A stretch of 63,172 nucleotides of DNA, filler included, from an uncultured bacterium (GTDB lineage: Bacteria > DAOPZR01), in NCBI GenBank assembly GCA_964637655.1. It is 10 parts of 10 records of this genome, joined end to end, with 100 filler letters (N's around TTAATTAATTAA, not from the genome) between each part and the next. Parts side by side here need not be neighbours in the genome. Positions count along the whole stretch, not along the records: positions 25,721 to 31,963 come from CAZWUZ010000230.1; positions 32,064 to 38,282 come from CAZWUZ010000231.1; 8 more parts are not named here. One strand, written 5' to 3'. Below the pieces are notes generated by a model that searched no databases, had not been told where the DNA came from, and worked only from the letters and a program-made list of their open reading frames with translations. This document shows positions 28,803 through 37,421 of the stretch, one piece after another. A program made the position numbers and the translations under genes. Positions within the stretch are counted from its first letter, which is position 1. Every line of letters begins with the position of its first letter.

Positions 28803-31019
28803 TCAGGGTACGGTCAGGCGGACGCTGCCGACCGCCTCGTTGCCGGCGCGGTCGCGCACGCGCACGCTCACCGTGTGTGCGCCGGAAGACAGGCCGCTGA
28901 CCGTCCACGCCAGCTGCTCCGTGTGGTCGTCGAAGATTCCGTCCGCGGCATCGAGCATCTGCCACGGCCCGTTGTCGACGTTATAGGCCGCCGCGGACAC
29001 GAAACTGGCTGCGTCACGCGCGGTCGCCCGCAGGTTGGCGAATCCGCGCCCCCCGTCCTGCCCGGTCACCGTCACCTCGGGGAGCGTGTGGTCGACGAGG
29101 ATAGGCCCGGTGCTACGCTCGGCGCTCAGTCCGTTCCCCGGCGCATTGGCCGCGGCATCGGAGGCCACCACCTTGAGGTAGTACCAGCCGTCGGCGAAAT
29201 CGATGGTGCGCCAGACGCAGCGGGTCATCGGCAGGTCGGGCCGCTCGCGGTTGACCTGCCGCCACGCGTCATCATCCGCCGCCTGCACGTACAGGTTGTA
29301 CTGCAGCGCATCACCGTCAGGATCAGCCGCCTGCCAGAGCACCATGCGCTCGGGGAGCGCCTCGCGCGCGTCCGCTGTCGCGCGGCGGTTTCCCGCCTCG
29401 CCTTCGCCCTCCTCGTCCTCACCCGCCTCGTCGCCGTTGACCTTCAGGTCGAGCACCAGCGGGCGCTGGTTGACCGGCTGGTAGGCGATGGTGGCGACGC
29501 GCAGCACGGGCGGACGCTGCGCCCGCCCCAGCGCCAGCCGCACCTGCAGTTCGAGGTAGCGGCCCGCCGGCGAACTGACGGCGCTCCCCCCCTCCTGCCA
29601 CGCGCTCCACGCGCTCCAGAGCGTGTCGGGCTCGTCGCTCATCCCCGCGCGCGTGCGGTACTGCACCGTCCCGCCGCCCGGCCGGTCCGCGGTCAGGTGC
29701 ACCTTCCCCCAGCGGGCGGGAAACTGCGCGTCGAACACCTTCGCGGTGAAGATGCCGTCGATGGCGGGCTGCGGCGCAGCGCGATAGACCTGCGCGCCGT
29801 TCCCCGTCGCCAGCCAGATGTCGCCGGCGGCCCCCGCGGCCAGTGCCGTCACCTGCGTCGCGGGGAAATCAAAGAGCTGCGTCTCGACCTCGTCCGCGGC
29901 AACCCGGAACACTTTGCCCTCTTTCCCGGTGCCGACCCAGACGCTGCGGTCGGCCAGCACGAGAAAATCATGGATGGTCTCCTTGTCGCTGACATAGACG
30001 AGGTACGGGTTTCCTGACGGCTCGATGCGGTAGACCGCCGCGCAGCCGCCGAGCAGTTCACCGAGCATGCCGGCCGGCGGACCGCCGCGCCCGCCGTTGC
30101 CGTTACGCCGCCGCGGCTGCGGCGGTTCCTCGTCCTCGCCGCCGCGCCGCTCCTGCATCGCCAGTGCGGGGAGCGGCAGTTCGCCGTCCGCCGCGTCACT
30201 CTCCGACGCGCTGCTGCGCCGCGCCTGTTCCGCCGCCATGGCGCGCGCCATCGCCGCCGCCGCCTGACCCGAGCGGCTGCCCGCCGGGTTGACCCCGGCA
30301 TAGACCAGTCCGTCCGGGCCAAGGCGCAGCGCCACCACTTCCGCCTGCCACAGGTCGGCATGCACGCGCGCCTGCCCGCCGGGCGCCACCGCGTAGATGA
30401 GACCGTCCGCCGCGCTTCCGGCATAGGCCGTTCCGTCAGTGCCCAGCGCCAGCGACAGCAGGTGGCCGGCCCCCGCATCGAGCAGCCGGGTCACCTGCCC
30501 GCGACCGTCGATTTTCCAGATGCTCGCCGGCATGCCGCAGGCGGCATAGAGCGTGCCGTCACTGCCGCACTGCAGCGCCCAGATATACGCCACCGGCAGT
30601 TTCGCCCATGCGGCCGCGCGGCCGTCCTGCACGCGCGTGATCTCGCCGCCGGGAAAACTTCCCGCGTAGAGCCGCCCCGCTGCGTCCACCGCCAGCGCGT
30701 AGCAGCCGTTCTTCGGGCGCAGCACTTCCTCGACAGCGGTGCCGCGCACGCGCAGCACGCGCGGCTCCTCGCCGGCGCTCAGGTAGAGCGCGTCGCCGCC
30801 GGGGGCAGCCACCGCGCGCCAGACGAAATCGGCGTGCAGGTCGGGCCCGTCGCTCAGCGCCGGGGCCAGTTCGACCCGTCCGAGCACGTTCACCGCGGTC
30901 CGTTCCTGTTTCCCCGCGCTGAAATCCTCGAACGTGGTCAGCGTCCACAGGTTGGTGGTCACCGCCGCCGCGGGCAGCACGCCCAGCAGCACCGTCAGTC
31001 CGATCAGCAGTATCTTCAT
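28803..31019 (-). CDS. Secreted beta-propeller protein with C-terminal Ig/Fn3-like domains
   Basis: Signal peptide; repeated AL...DG.LYAG blades; WSAWS; DPDGD; VRDRAGN. Confidence 0.75.
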   Translation of the reverse strand: MKILLIGLTVLLGVLPAAAVTTNLWTLTTFEDFSAGKQERTAVNVLGRVELAPALSDGPDLHADFVWRAVAAPGGDALYLSAGEEPRVLRVRGTAVEEVLRPKNGCYALAVDAAGRLYAGSFPGGEITRVQDGRAAAWAKLPVAYIWALQCGSDGTLYAACGMPASIWKIDGRGQVTRLLDAGAGHLLSLALGTDGTAYAGSAADGLIYAVAPGGQARVHADLWQAEVVALRLGPDGLVYAGVNPAGSRSGQAAAAMARAMAAEQARRSSASESDAADGELPLPALAMQERRGGEDEEPPQPRRRNGNGGRGGPPAGMLGELLGGCAAVYRIEPSGNPYLVYVSDKETIHDFLVLADRSVWVGTGKEGKVFRVAADEVETQLFDFPATQVTALAAGAAGDIWLATGNGAQVYRAAPQPAIDGIFTAKVFDAQFPARWGKVHLTADRPGGGTVQYRTRAGMSDEPDTLWSAWSAWQEGGSAVSSPAGRYLELQVRLALGRAQRPPVLRVATIAYQPVNQRPLVLDLKVNGDEAGEDEEGEGEAGNRRATADAREALPERMVLWQAADPDGDALQYNLYVQAADDDAWRQVNRERPDLPMTRCVWRTIDFADGWYYLKVVASDAAANAPGNGLSAERSTGPILVDHTLPEVTVTGQDGGRGFANLRATARDAASFVSAAAYNVDNGPWQMLDAADGIFDDHTEQLAWTVSGLSSGAHTVSVRVRDRAGNEAVGSVRLTVP

Positions 31020-31531
31020 GCTCCCGCCTCCCCGTCACCGCGTTCGCGCCGCCAGACCGCGCTGCGCTCCTTCTTGACTGCTGCTCCCGCCGCCGCCGGC
31101 ACGCCGACCACGGCGATGGCAATCAGTCGCTGCCCCGCCGGCGCCTGCGCCCACTGCAGCACCGCCGGCGCGTAGTCCTTGCCGTGTCCCGCCACCCAGC
31201 AGCCGCCATAGCCGAGCGCATGCGCCGCGTTGAGCAGATTGGTCACCGCCGCGCTGCCGTCCTCAACCGCGTACTTCGCGTCGCCGGCCGCAGTGACCAG
31301 CACTGCCAGTCCCGCCTGCGGCAGAAAGGGGGCATTCTTCGGGCAGAGCGCCGCCAATTCGCGCAGCCGCGCCGGGTCAGTCACCGTGATGAACAGCCAG
31401 GGCTGCAGGTTGTTGGCCGTCGGGGCAAAGCGCGCCGCGTCGATGAGCGACGCGACATGTTCCGCACGCACCGGCGCGCCGGTAAACTGCCGCACACTGC
31501 GGCGGGTGGTCAGGCAGGTCAGCGCATCCAT
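31016..31531 (-). CDS. Nitroreductase family protein
   Basis: RRSVRQF, APTANNLQPW.F, AAHALGYGGCWV. Confidence 0.92.
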   Translation of the reverse strand: MDALTCLTTRRSVRQFTGAPVRAEHVASLIDAARFAPTANNLQPWLFITVTDPARLRELAALCPKNAPFLPQAGLAVLVTAAGDAKYAVEDGSAAVTNLLNAAHALGYGGCWVAGHGKDYAPAVLQWAQAPAGQRLIAIAVVGVPAAAGAAVKKERSAVWRRERGDGEAGA

Positions 31532-31572
31532 GGTCCCTCCCGGTCGCACCCGTGACCGGGCACGCTGCGCCG

Positions 31573-31601
31573 ATAGTAGCAGCAGGCCGCAGGAGTGTCA
31601 A
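31573..31601 (-). promoter_or_regulatory. Sigma-70 promoter upstream of the nitroreductase gene
   Basis: TTGACA-17-TACTAT. Confidence 0.7.
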
Positions 31602-31903
31602 ACCGGCGGCATGGGCACCGTAATCCGTTCTGCCCGTCATGCCATGCGTCAGGCACAGGCAGATCTTCCCGATACGCCCGCTGTTCGTACAGTAATCCCG
31701 AGTACGTCGGTAGCCACTCCACGGTTGCTCCCCCCCTTAGTGTAACAACACTGTGTAGCAGCCTCAATAGTCGTACTTATCAGGGTTGCTGCGGGTTTCC
31801 CGGCGATTTCACCTCCCCTCTCCCGCCATTCCACACCAGCACAACACATGTTCCGGCAGTTCGTTGTGATTACGGAAGTTTTTGTAATATTTTCACCACC
31901 CCA

Positions 31904-31932
31904 TTGACTTTTCTGATTTTTCGCTGTACAAT
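31904..31932 (+). promoter_or_regulatory. Sigma-70 promoter firing off the contig end
   Basis: TTGACT-17-TACAAT in AT-rich DNA. Confidence 0.6.
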
Positions 31933-32063
31933 TGGCGTTACACGGATCCGTAGAATAACAAGTNNNNNNNNNNNNNNNNNNNNNNNNNNNNNNNNNNNNN
32001 NNNNNNNTTAATTAATTAANNNNNNNNNNNNNNNNNNNNNNNNNNNNNNNNNNNNNNNNNNNN

Positions 32064-32502
32064 GGCCACGCACCTCTACGACCTGCTCATCGAGTACATC
32101 AATCGCGACCTGAGCACGCGCCCCGGACCGCGTGTCATCGTCCTCTTCTCCGACGGGCTCGACGAGGGGATCATCCGCCGGCGCGGCAGCGTCAACAACC
32201 GGGCCGCGGTCGTCGAGGCCGCGCGCCGTCATGCCGTGCGCATCGCCGCCGTCGAACTCGGGCCGACCTGCCCGGAAGCACGGCTGGCGCTGCAGGAACT
32301 GGCCGCCCAGACCGATGGCACGCACCTGGTCTACGACCCGTACGCGGGGGGCAGCCAGTTCGCCCCGGCCTGGCGCCTGCTCGGCGTCGAAGCGCGCAGC
32401 GGCTCCTACCGCATCAGGTACCGCAGCGAAGAGGGGGCCGCCGGCCCGGTTGACGTGCAGAGCACCGGCGGCCGCGCCACCGATATCCTGCCGCTGCACT
32501 GA
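32064..32502 (+). CDS. vWA domain protein, C-terminal part (5' partial)
   Basis: THLYD..., RVIVLFSDGLD, LQELAAQTDG. Confidence 0.75.
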
Positions 32503-32514
32503 ACGAAACGACAT

Positions 32515-32551
32515 AACGCCTGCGGGGGGCATCCCGCAGGCGTTTTTCTTT
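32515..32551 (+). terminator. Intrinsic terminator
   Basis: AACGCCTGCGGG/CCCGCAGGCGTT stem followed by a T tract. Confidence 0.85.
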
Positions 32552-32587
32552 CCCCTCCCCCTCTTCCGGCAGTTCTCCGCGCCGTCG

Positions 32588-32803
32588 CTCTCCGTGTACT
32601 CCGTGTGCCCCGTGGTTGCATGAGTTGCTCTCGTCATTTGTACGACAACAGATCATAGCGACTGCATTCACCACTGAGCACACAGAGCACACGGAACGCC
32701 TGCGGTTGGCCGGTGACTGGCCGTCGTCCGCAGGACCGGGGTATGGTCCTGAGTATTTTCCCTGGGCAAAGCCGTTCTCTGCGGGCTCTGTGTGCTGCGG
32801 TGA
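32588..32803. repeat. Cluster of ACCACAGAG/CACAGAG-type short palindromic repeats
   Basis: CTCTCCGTGTACTCCGTGTGCCCCGTGGTT, CACCACTGAGCACACAGAGCACACGG, CTCTGCGGGCTCTGTGTGCTGCGGTG in alternating orientation. Confidence 0.6.
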
Positions 32804-32824
32804 GGCAGTTCCCCCGCCGGAATT

Positions 32825-34048
32825 TCAGTCGAAATGCGACGTGCCGATAAGGCCGCACCGCTCGCGGATGCCGAACCCGTCAGCGATAAGCTGTGACGCG
32901 GGCCGGATGTGCAGCGCGCCATAGCGCCGGTTGAGCCGCGCCGCGGTCTCGCCCAGCGCGTCCGCGCGTGCCGCCGCAGGGAGCAGGTGCCCCGGGCCGC
33001 GCCCGCGCTGCAGGTTGCTGACACTCACCCCGACCGCGCGCACCGCCTGCGGCGGCGGCAGATGGCGCTGCAGGATGCCCGCCGCGCGGCGGTAGATGCC
33101 CAGCCCGGTCCAGACCGCCTGCCGCGCCGTGCACTGCTGCCCCAGTCCGGTGAAATCACCGAAGCGCAGCCAGAGTGACACCGTCGTCCCGCTCACCCCG
33201 TATTTCTGCATGCGTGCCGCCACCATCTCGCAGAGCATGCGCAGAAACGCGCTGATGACCGCCGGGTCGGCGGTATCCGCCGGCAGCGTGTGCGAGTGCC
33301 CCACCGACTTGATCTCGCGCTCATGGTCGAAACGCCGCACCGGGTCGTCATCCTCGCCACGGCCCATCGCTTTGAGCCGGCGCCCGATAACGCCGAAGCG
33401 GTCCGTCAGCAGTCCCGCGTCGGCATTCCCGAGGTCAGCCGCCGTGCGGATGCTCAGGCGCGCCAGTTCCGCCGCGGTCTTCTTCCCCACGCCCCACAAC
33501 TCGCCGACCGGCAGTCGCGCGAAAAGCGCGGGAATATCCTCCGGTCTGATGCGGTGCAACCCGTCGGGCTTGTGCGTGTCGCTGGCCAGTTTGGCGAGGA
33601 GTTTGTTCGGGGCCAGCCCGGCGCTGCAGGTCAGCCCGAGTTCTGCGCGGATGGCGGCTTTGGCCGTGCGCGCCACTGCTTCCGGATCGGCATGGCCCGT
33701 CAGGTCGACGAAGCACTCGTCAATGGAATAGACCTCGACCAGGTCGGTATGCCGCAGCAGGATGGCATGCAGTTGTCGCGCGGTGTCGACGTACTTGTCG
33801 GGATTGCCGACCACAATGCGCACCTGCGGGCAGCGCCGCCGCGCTTCGGGGACCGTGCAGCCGGTTTTGATGCCGAACTTCCGCGCCTCGTAGGAGGCGG
33901 TGGTCACGATGGTGCGCGCGTAATCGCTCTCCGCTGACGCCTCGCCGCAGACGACCACGGGCCTGCCGCGCAGCGCCGGGTCGCACGCCTGCTCCACCGC
34001 CGCGAAGTAGGCGTCCATATCAAGGTGCAGGACGACGCGTCCACTCAT
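32825..34048 (-). CDS. dinB: DNA polymerase IV (Y family)
   Basis: HLDMDAYFA, ASYEARKFG, SIDE, NKLLAKLAS, LWGVGKKT. Confidence 0.95.
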   Translation of the reverse strand: MSGRVVLHLDMDAYFAAVEQACDPALRGRPVVVCGEASAESDYARTIVTTASYEARKFGIKTGCTVPEARRRCPQVRIVVGNPDKYVDTARQLHAILLRHTDLVEVYSIDECFVDLTGHADPEAVARTAKAAIRAELGLTCSAGLAPNKLLAKLASDTHKPDGLHRIRPEDIPALFARLPVGELWGVGKKTAAELARLSIRTAADLGNADAGLLTDRFGVIGRRLKAMGRGEDDDPVRRFDHEREIKSVGHSHTLPADTADPAVISAFLRMLCEMVAARMQKYGVSGTTVSLWLRFGDFTGLGQQCTARQAVWTGLGIYRRAAGILQRHLPPPQAVRAVGVSVSNLQRGRGPGHLLPAAARADALGETAARLNRRYGALHIRPASQLIADGFGIRERCGLIGTSHFD

Positions 34049-34293
34049 GACGACGGGATGGCTTTCTCCAACCGCCACTGCAGCGTCTGCCGGTTGAAAC
34101 TCAATTCGTAGAGGTTGCCCCCCGCGCTGACCGCGAAATGGGCGAGCAGCGCCTCACCCATGCGGCTCTGCCAGCGGTAGGTCACTGTCGTGATATCGTA
34201 GCGCCGCTGCTGCCAGTCGAACCAGCGCGGCTGCACCGCCGCCCCGCTGAAAACCGCTCCCACCCTGACCGTCTCGCCGATATCCGTCGCCAT
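34045..34293 (-). CDS. Small beta-rich protein coupled to dinB (DUF6504-like)
   Basis: PRWFDWQQRRY..VTYRW..HFAVS..YELSF..WRL; ATGA overlap with dinB. Confidence 0.75.
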   Translation of the reverse strand: MATDIGETVRVGAVFSGAAVQPRWFDWQQRRYDITTVTYRWQSRMGEALLAHFAVSAGGNLYELSFNRQTLQWRLEKAIPSS

Positions 34294-34433
34294 CGTCCGC
34301 TCCGTCCTGCCATGCTTCCCATCCCCTCCCCCGTGGACTCCTGAAAATGCGTTATCACGGCAGGCAGGTTTTCCGGGTTTTGCTCCCACCCGGCCGCCCC
34401 TTCCCGCGTTTTCTCCGCCCCGCCCTGTCACAG

Positions 34434-34459
34434 AAAACGGGGACTGTCCCCATTTATTT
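34434..34459. repeat. GGGGACTGTCCCC palindromic REP; second copy at 56774-56796
   Basis: Near-identical AAA(T/C)GGGGACTGTCCCCATTTATTT on two contigs, each at a gene 3' end. Confidence 0.75.
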
Positions 34460-35056
34460 TCTGCCGTCGGGGCGGCAGCAGCGCGCCACCCCCGCCAGCA
34501 CCCCGAGAATATGCGCCTCACGCGTGATCAGCGGCGGGTAGGCGGGATGTTCCGCCACCAGGTGGATGCCGTCCGCCCGCAGGAAATAGCGCTTGAGCAC
34601 CGCCTCGTCGTCGAGGCGCGCCGCGACGATGTCACCGTTGCGCGCGGTCACCTGCGCGCGGATGAAGACAATGTCGCCGTCGTTGATCCCCGCTCCTGTC
34701 ATGCTCTCCCCCTTCACCCGCAGCGCGAATAGGTCGCTGCCGGTCGGGAGGAGGTCGGCGGGCGTAAAGCGCCCTTCGAGGTTTTCCGTCGCTGTGGCGG
34801 GAAGGCCCGCGCTGATGCGGCTCACCAGCGGGACGCCGAGCAGCCCGGGACGCAGAAAGATGCCGCGTGCGGTTCCCTGCCGCAGCGTCACCAGGCCCCG
34901 GTCGGCAAGCTTGCGCAGGTGGTAACGCACCGTCCAGGTCGAGGCCAGGCGGGCGCGCTGCGCCAGTTCGCGCAGCGTCGGGGGGAGCGTCTCCTCCTGC
35001 CACCAGTCGCGCAGAGCCATAAGTACCTTCTCTTCCGCTTTCCGGTCCCTGACCAT
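34454..35056 (-). CDS. lexA: SOS repressor LexA
   Basis: wHTH PPTLRELA..TVRYHLRKLADRG; Ala-Gly cleavage site ISAG; catalytic GESM and LKR; next to dinB. Confidence 0.93.
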   Translation of the reverse strand: MVRDRKAEEKVLMALRDWWQEETLPPTLRELAQRARLASTWTVRYHLRKLADRGLVTLRQGTARGIFLRPGLLGVPLVSRISAGLPATATENLEGRFTPADLLPTGSDLFALRVKGESMTGAGINDGDIVFIRAQVTARNGDIVAARLDDEAVLKRYFLRADGIHLVAEHPAYPPLITREAHILGVLAGVARCCRPDGRK

Positions 35057-35143
35057 TATCGCCGTGTTGCTCCCCGTCAATAACGGACGGCATTCCGCGC
35101 GGCGCGGAGGGTTGCGCCACTGCGGAATCCCGTTCCACCGCCC

Positions 35144-35171
35144 ATTATAGCACAAATGTGCTACTTGTCAA
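35144..35171 (-). promoter_or_regulatory. lexA promoter containing palindromic operator TAGCAC-N4-GTGCTA (35148-35163)
   Basis: TTGACA-16-TATAAT; the palindrome fills the spacer and overlaps the -10. Confidence 0.75.
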
Positions 35172-35305
35172 GCTAAAAAATGGGGACGGAGCTCAAGTTA
35201 TTAAGTTATGTCACAATTGTTTGGCAATACAGCTGATTGTAATGCCTGAGCTGTCACACCGCTGCCGTCTTATTGTCCGGGAGTGTCAAATTATCGACGT
35301 TTTTT

Positions 35306-35326
35306 TGTGGATAACTCTGTGGATAA
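35306..35326. promoter_or_regulatory. Two perfect tandem DnaA boxes (TGTGGATAA)
   Basis: 35306-35314 and 35318-35326 match TTATCCACA on the minus strand; AT-rich flanks. Confidence 0.7.
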
Positions 35327-35373
35327 CATGTGTCAATGTGTCAGTATGGCCCCATGCATGGCCCCATACAAAA

Positions 35374-35449
35374 TGGCACCCTCTACGGGATTTGAACCCG
35401 TGCTGCCGGGATGAAAACCCGGTGTCCTGGACCACTAGACGAAGAGGGT
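35374..35449 (-). tRNA. tRNA-Glu(TTC)
   Basis: Cloverleaf: ACCCTCT/AGAGGGT acceptor stem, CCGGG-TT TTC AT-CCCGG anticodon arm, GGTTCAAATCC, encoded CCA. Confidence 0.96.
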
Positions 35450-35460
35450 ACACAAAAAAC

Positions 35461-35535
35461 TGGTGAGGGCGGTGGGGCTTGAACCCACGACCTACGGCTT
35501 AAAAAGCCGTTGCTCTACCACTGAGCTACGCCCCC
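35461..35535 (-). tRNA. tRNA-Lys(TTT)
   Basis: GGGGGCG/CGCCCTC acceptor stem, ACGGC-TT TTT AA-GCCGT anticodon arm, GGTTCAAGCC, encoded CCA. Confidence 0.96.
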
Positions 35536-35550
35536 GCCGCACACCGCACG

Positions 35551-35580
35551 CTTATACCACGTTGCGACGGGAACTGTCAA
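35551..35580 (-). promoter_or_regulatory. tRNA operon promoter
   Basis: TTGACA-18-TATAAG with extended -10 TG, 15 nt before tRNA-Lys. Confidence 0.75.
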
Positions 35581-35768
35581 GCCGCCGCCGCGCCAAACCA
35601 CCGACACCGGACACGCAGCCCGGCAGCCGGAAGACAGCAGCAACCTGAATATGGCATCAGGGCACAGGCACGGACGAGGAGCACGGACGAAGCGCACGAC
35701 CGCGCAAGGTTGCAGTTCACCACATGCAGAGGCCGCCAGTCGCAAGGTGCAGCCCGAATCGAACCGTG

Positions 35769-37421
35769 CTATTCCGCCGACGGGAGCAGCAGCAGGAAGA
35801 CGGTCTTTCCCGGTTCGCTCTCCTCGAGCAGCAGCGAGCCGCCCAGGTCGTCGGCGGTCTTGGCACAGATGGTCAGCCCGAGCCCGTAGTGCTTGTCCCC
35901 CTTCGTCGTGTAGAAGGGATCGAAAATGCGCCCCCGGATGTCGGCGGGAATGCCGCTCCCCGTGTCGGCAAAACGGACCGCCACCCATTTTTCCTTCGCG
36001 TCGGGCTGCGGCTGCACGGCAAGGTGGATGCGGATGGTTCCCCCGTCGGGCATGGCGGCCAGCGCATTCTCCGTCAGGTTGCCGAACATCTGTTCGAGGC
36101 GCGCGCTGTCAGCCCGCGCGGAAACCGCATCCCCTTCGACCAGCCACTGCACGCGACGGTCGCGCAGTTCGGCGAAACGTTCCATGCGCACGCGCCCGAG
36201 CAGGGAAAGCAGGTTGACCGGCTCGATGGCGTACGCCGTGCTCTGGCTCAGTTCCTGGATGCGGGTGAGCGCCTGCTCGGCGCGGCGCAGCGCCCCGGTG
36301 AGCATGGTCAGCTCCCCGTACTGCACCTTGCTCTTCTGCTGCCGCTCGTTGATCACCTCGGCATAGCGCAGCGCGCTCTGCACCGGGTTGCGCACCCCGA
36401 AGGCGATGCTCGCCGACATCCTGCCGATGAGCGACATGCGCTGGCTGCGTTCGAGCTGGCGTTCCATTTCGACCAGCCCGGTAACATCGACGAAGATGAG
36501 CACCCCGCCCAGCGTCATGCCGTCGCGCAGCAGCGGGGCCGCCTGCACGTCGATATGGAACTCGTTCTCCCCCGCGCGATGGACGACGCGGCTGTGACAG
36601 GTGAGTTCCGTGTCGACGGCGCGCTGCAGCAGGTCGGCGAATTTCTCCGGCAGGGTGGCGGCAAACGACTGCCCCGGCGCGGCGGCGATACCCAGGCGCT
36701 GCAGCAGCAGCGTCCCGCGCTCGTTGATGCGCGTTATTTTCTCATCCACCCCGACGGCAATCAGCCCGGCGGGCATGGTGGCGACCAGCGTTTCAATATC
36801 GACGCGGGCGCGGTTGAGCTCCGCGCGCGTGGCGTCAATGACGCTGCGCATCGCCATGGTGAGAAACGCAACCAGGTAGAAGAAAAAGATTTTGATGGTG
36901 ACCCCGAGGTAGAGAAAATCGACGCGGCTGAGCAGCTGGTGGCGCCCGATGAGGTCGCCGAAATAGCCGCCCCCCGTCAGCTCGGGAAAATAGAAACTGT
37001 AGACCAGCGTGGCGGAATAGAGCACCGCCGCAACGGTGGCCAGCAGCAGCGCCCCCTGCCCCGGCAGACAGAGCCCGGCCGTCACGATGATGACGGGGTA
37101 GAGCACGGTAAAGGCGCTGTCGACCACCGCGTACGCCTCGACCAGGCCCGTGGTGGCAACGAGGTCGAGGGTGAACTGCACGATAAGCACGTTGCGGATG
37201 ATTGACGGCGACGGATAGCGGAGCGCAAACGCGGCGAGCAGGTTGCCCGCGTAGATGGCGCCGACGAGCGTGACGAGCGGCTGAAAGAACTGCCACTCCT
37301 GCGCGTAGAAGCCGGTGAAGAGCAGGGCGCAGAGGATGAGCGGCAATATCCAGTGCAGTTTCAGCGAGAGGCGGAACTTTTCGAGGAGTTCGCGTTCCTC
37401 GAACTGCGCGAGTTCGCTCAT
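35769..37421 (-). CDS. PilS-like membrane sensor (TM-PAS-HisKA-HATPase) lacking the phosphoacceptor His
   Basis: About 6 TMs, PAS, H-box SIAFGVRNP (normally AHEIRNP), intact N, G1, F and G2 boxes. Confidence 0.85.
   Translation of the reverse strand: MSELAQFEERELLEKFRLSLKLHWILPLILCALLFTGFYAQEWQFFQPLVTLVGAIYAGNLLAAFALRYPSPSIIRNVLIVQFTLDLVATTGLVEAYAVVDSAFTVLYPVIIVTAGLCLPGQGALLLATVAAVLYSATLVYSFYFPELTGGGYFGDLIGRHQLLSRVDFLYLGVTIKIFFFYLVAFLTMAMRSVIDATRAELNRARVDIETLVATMPAGLIAVGVDEKITRINERGTLLLQRLGIAAAPGQSFAATLPEKFADLLQRAVDTELTCHSRVVHRAGENEFHIDVQAAPLLRDGMTLGGVLIFVDVTGLVEMERQLERSQRMSLIGRMSASIAFGVRNPVQSALRYAEVINERQQKSKVQYGELTMLTGALRRAEQALTRIQELSQSTAYAIEPVNLLSLLGRVRMERFAELRDRRVQWLVEGDAVSARADSARLEQMFGNLTENALAAMPDGGTIRIHLAVQPQPDAKEKWVAVRFADTGSGIPADIRGRIFDPFYTTKGDKHYGLGLTICAKTADDLGGSLLLEESEPGKTVFLLLLPSAE

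Noticed and set aside
31620-31830. 6S RNA or a known riboswitch
   Set aside because: I could not build the long 6S rod or any known aptamer consensus.
32740-32820. c-di-GMP-I riboswitch suggested by GGGCAAAGCC
   Set aside because: No GAAA tetraloop or receptor stem, and it lies between convergent gene ends.
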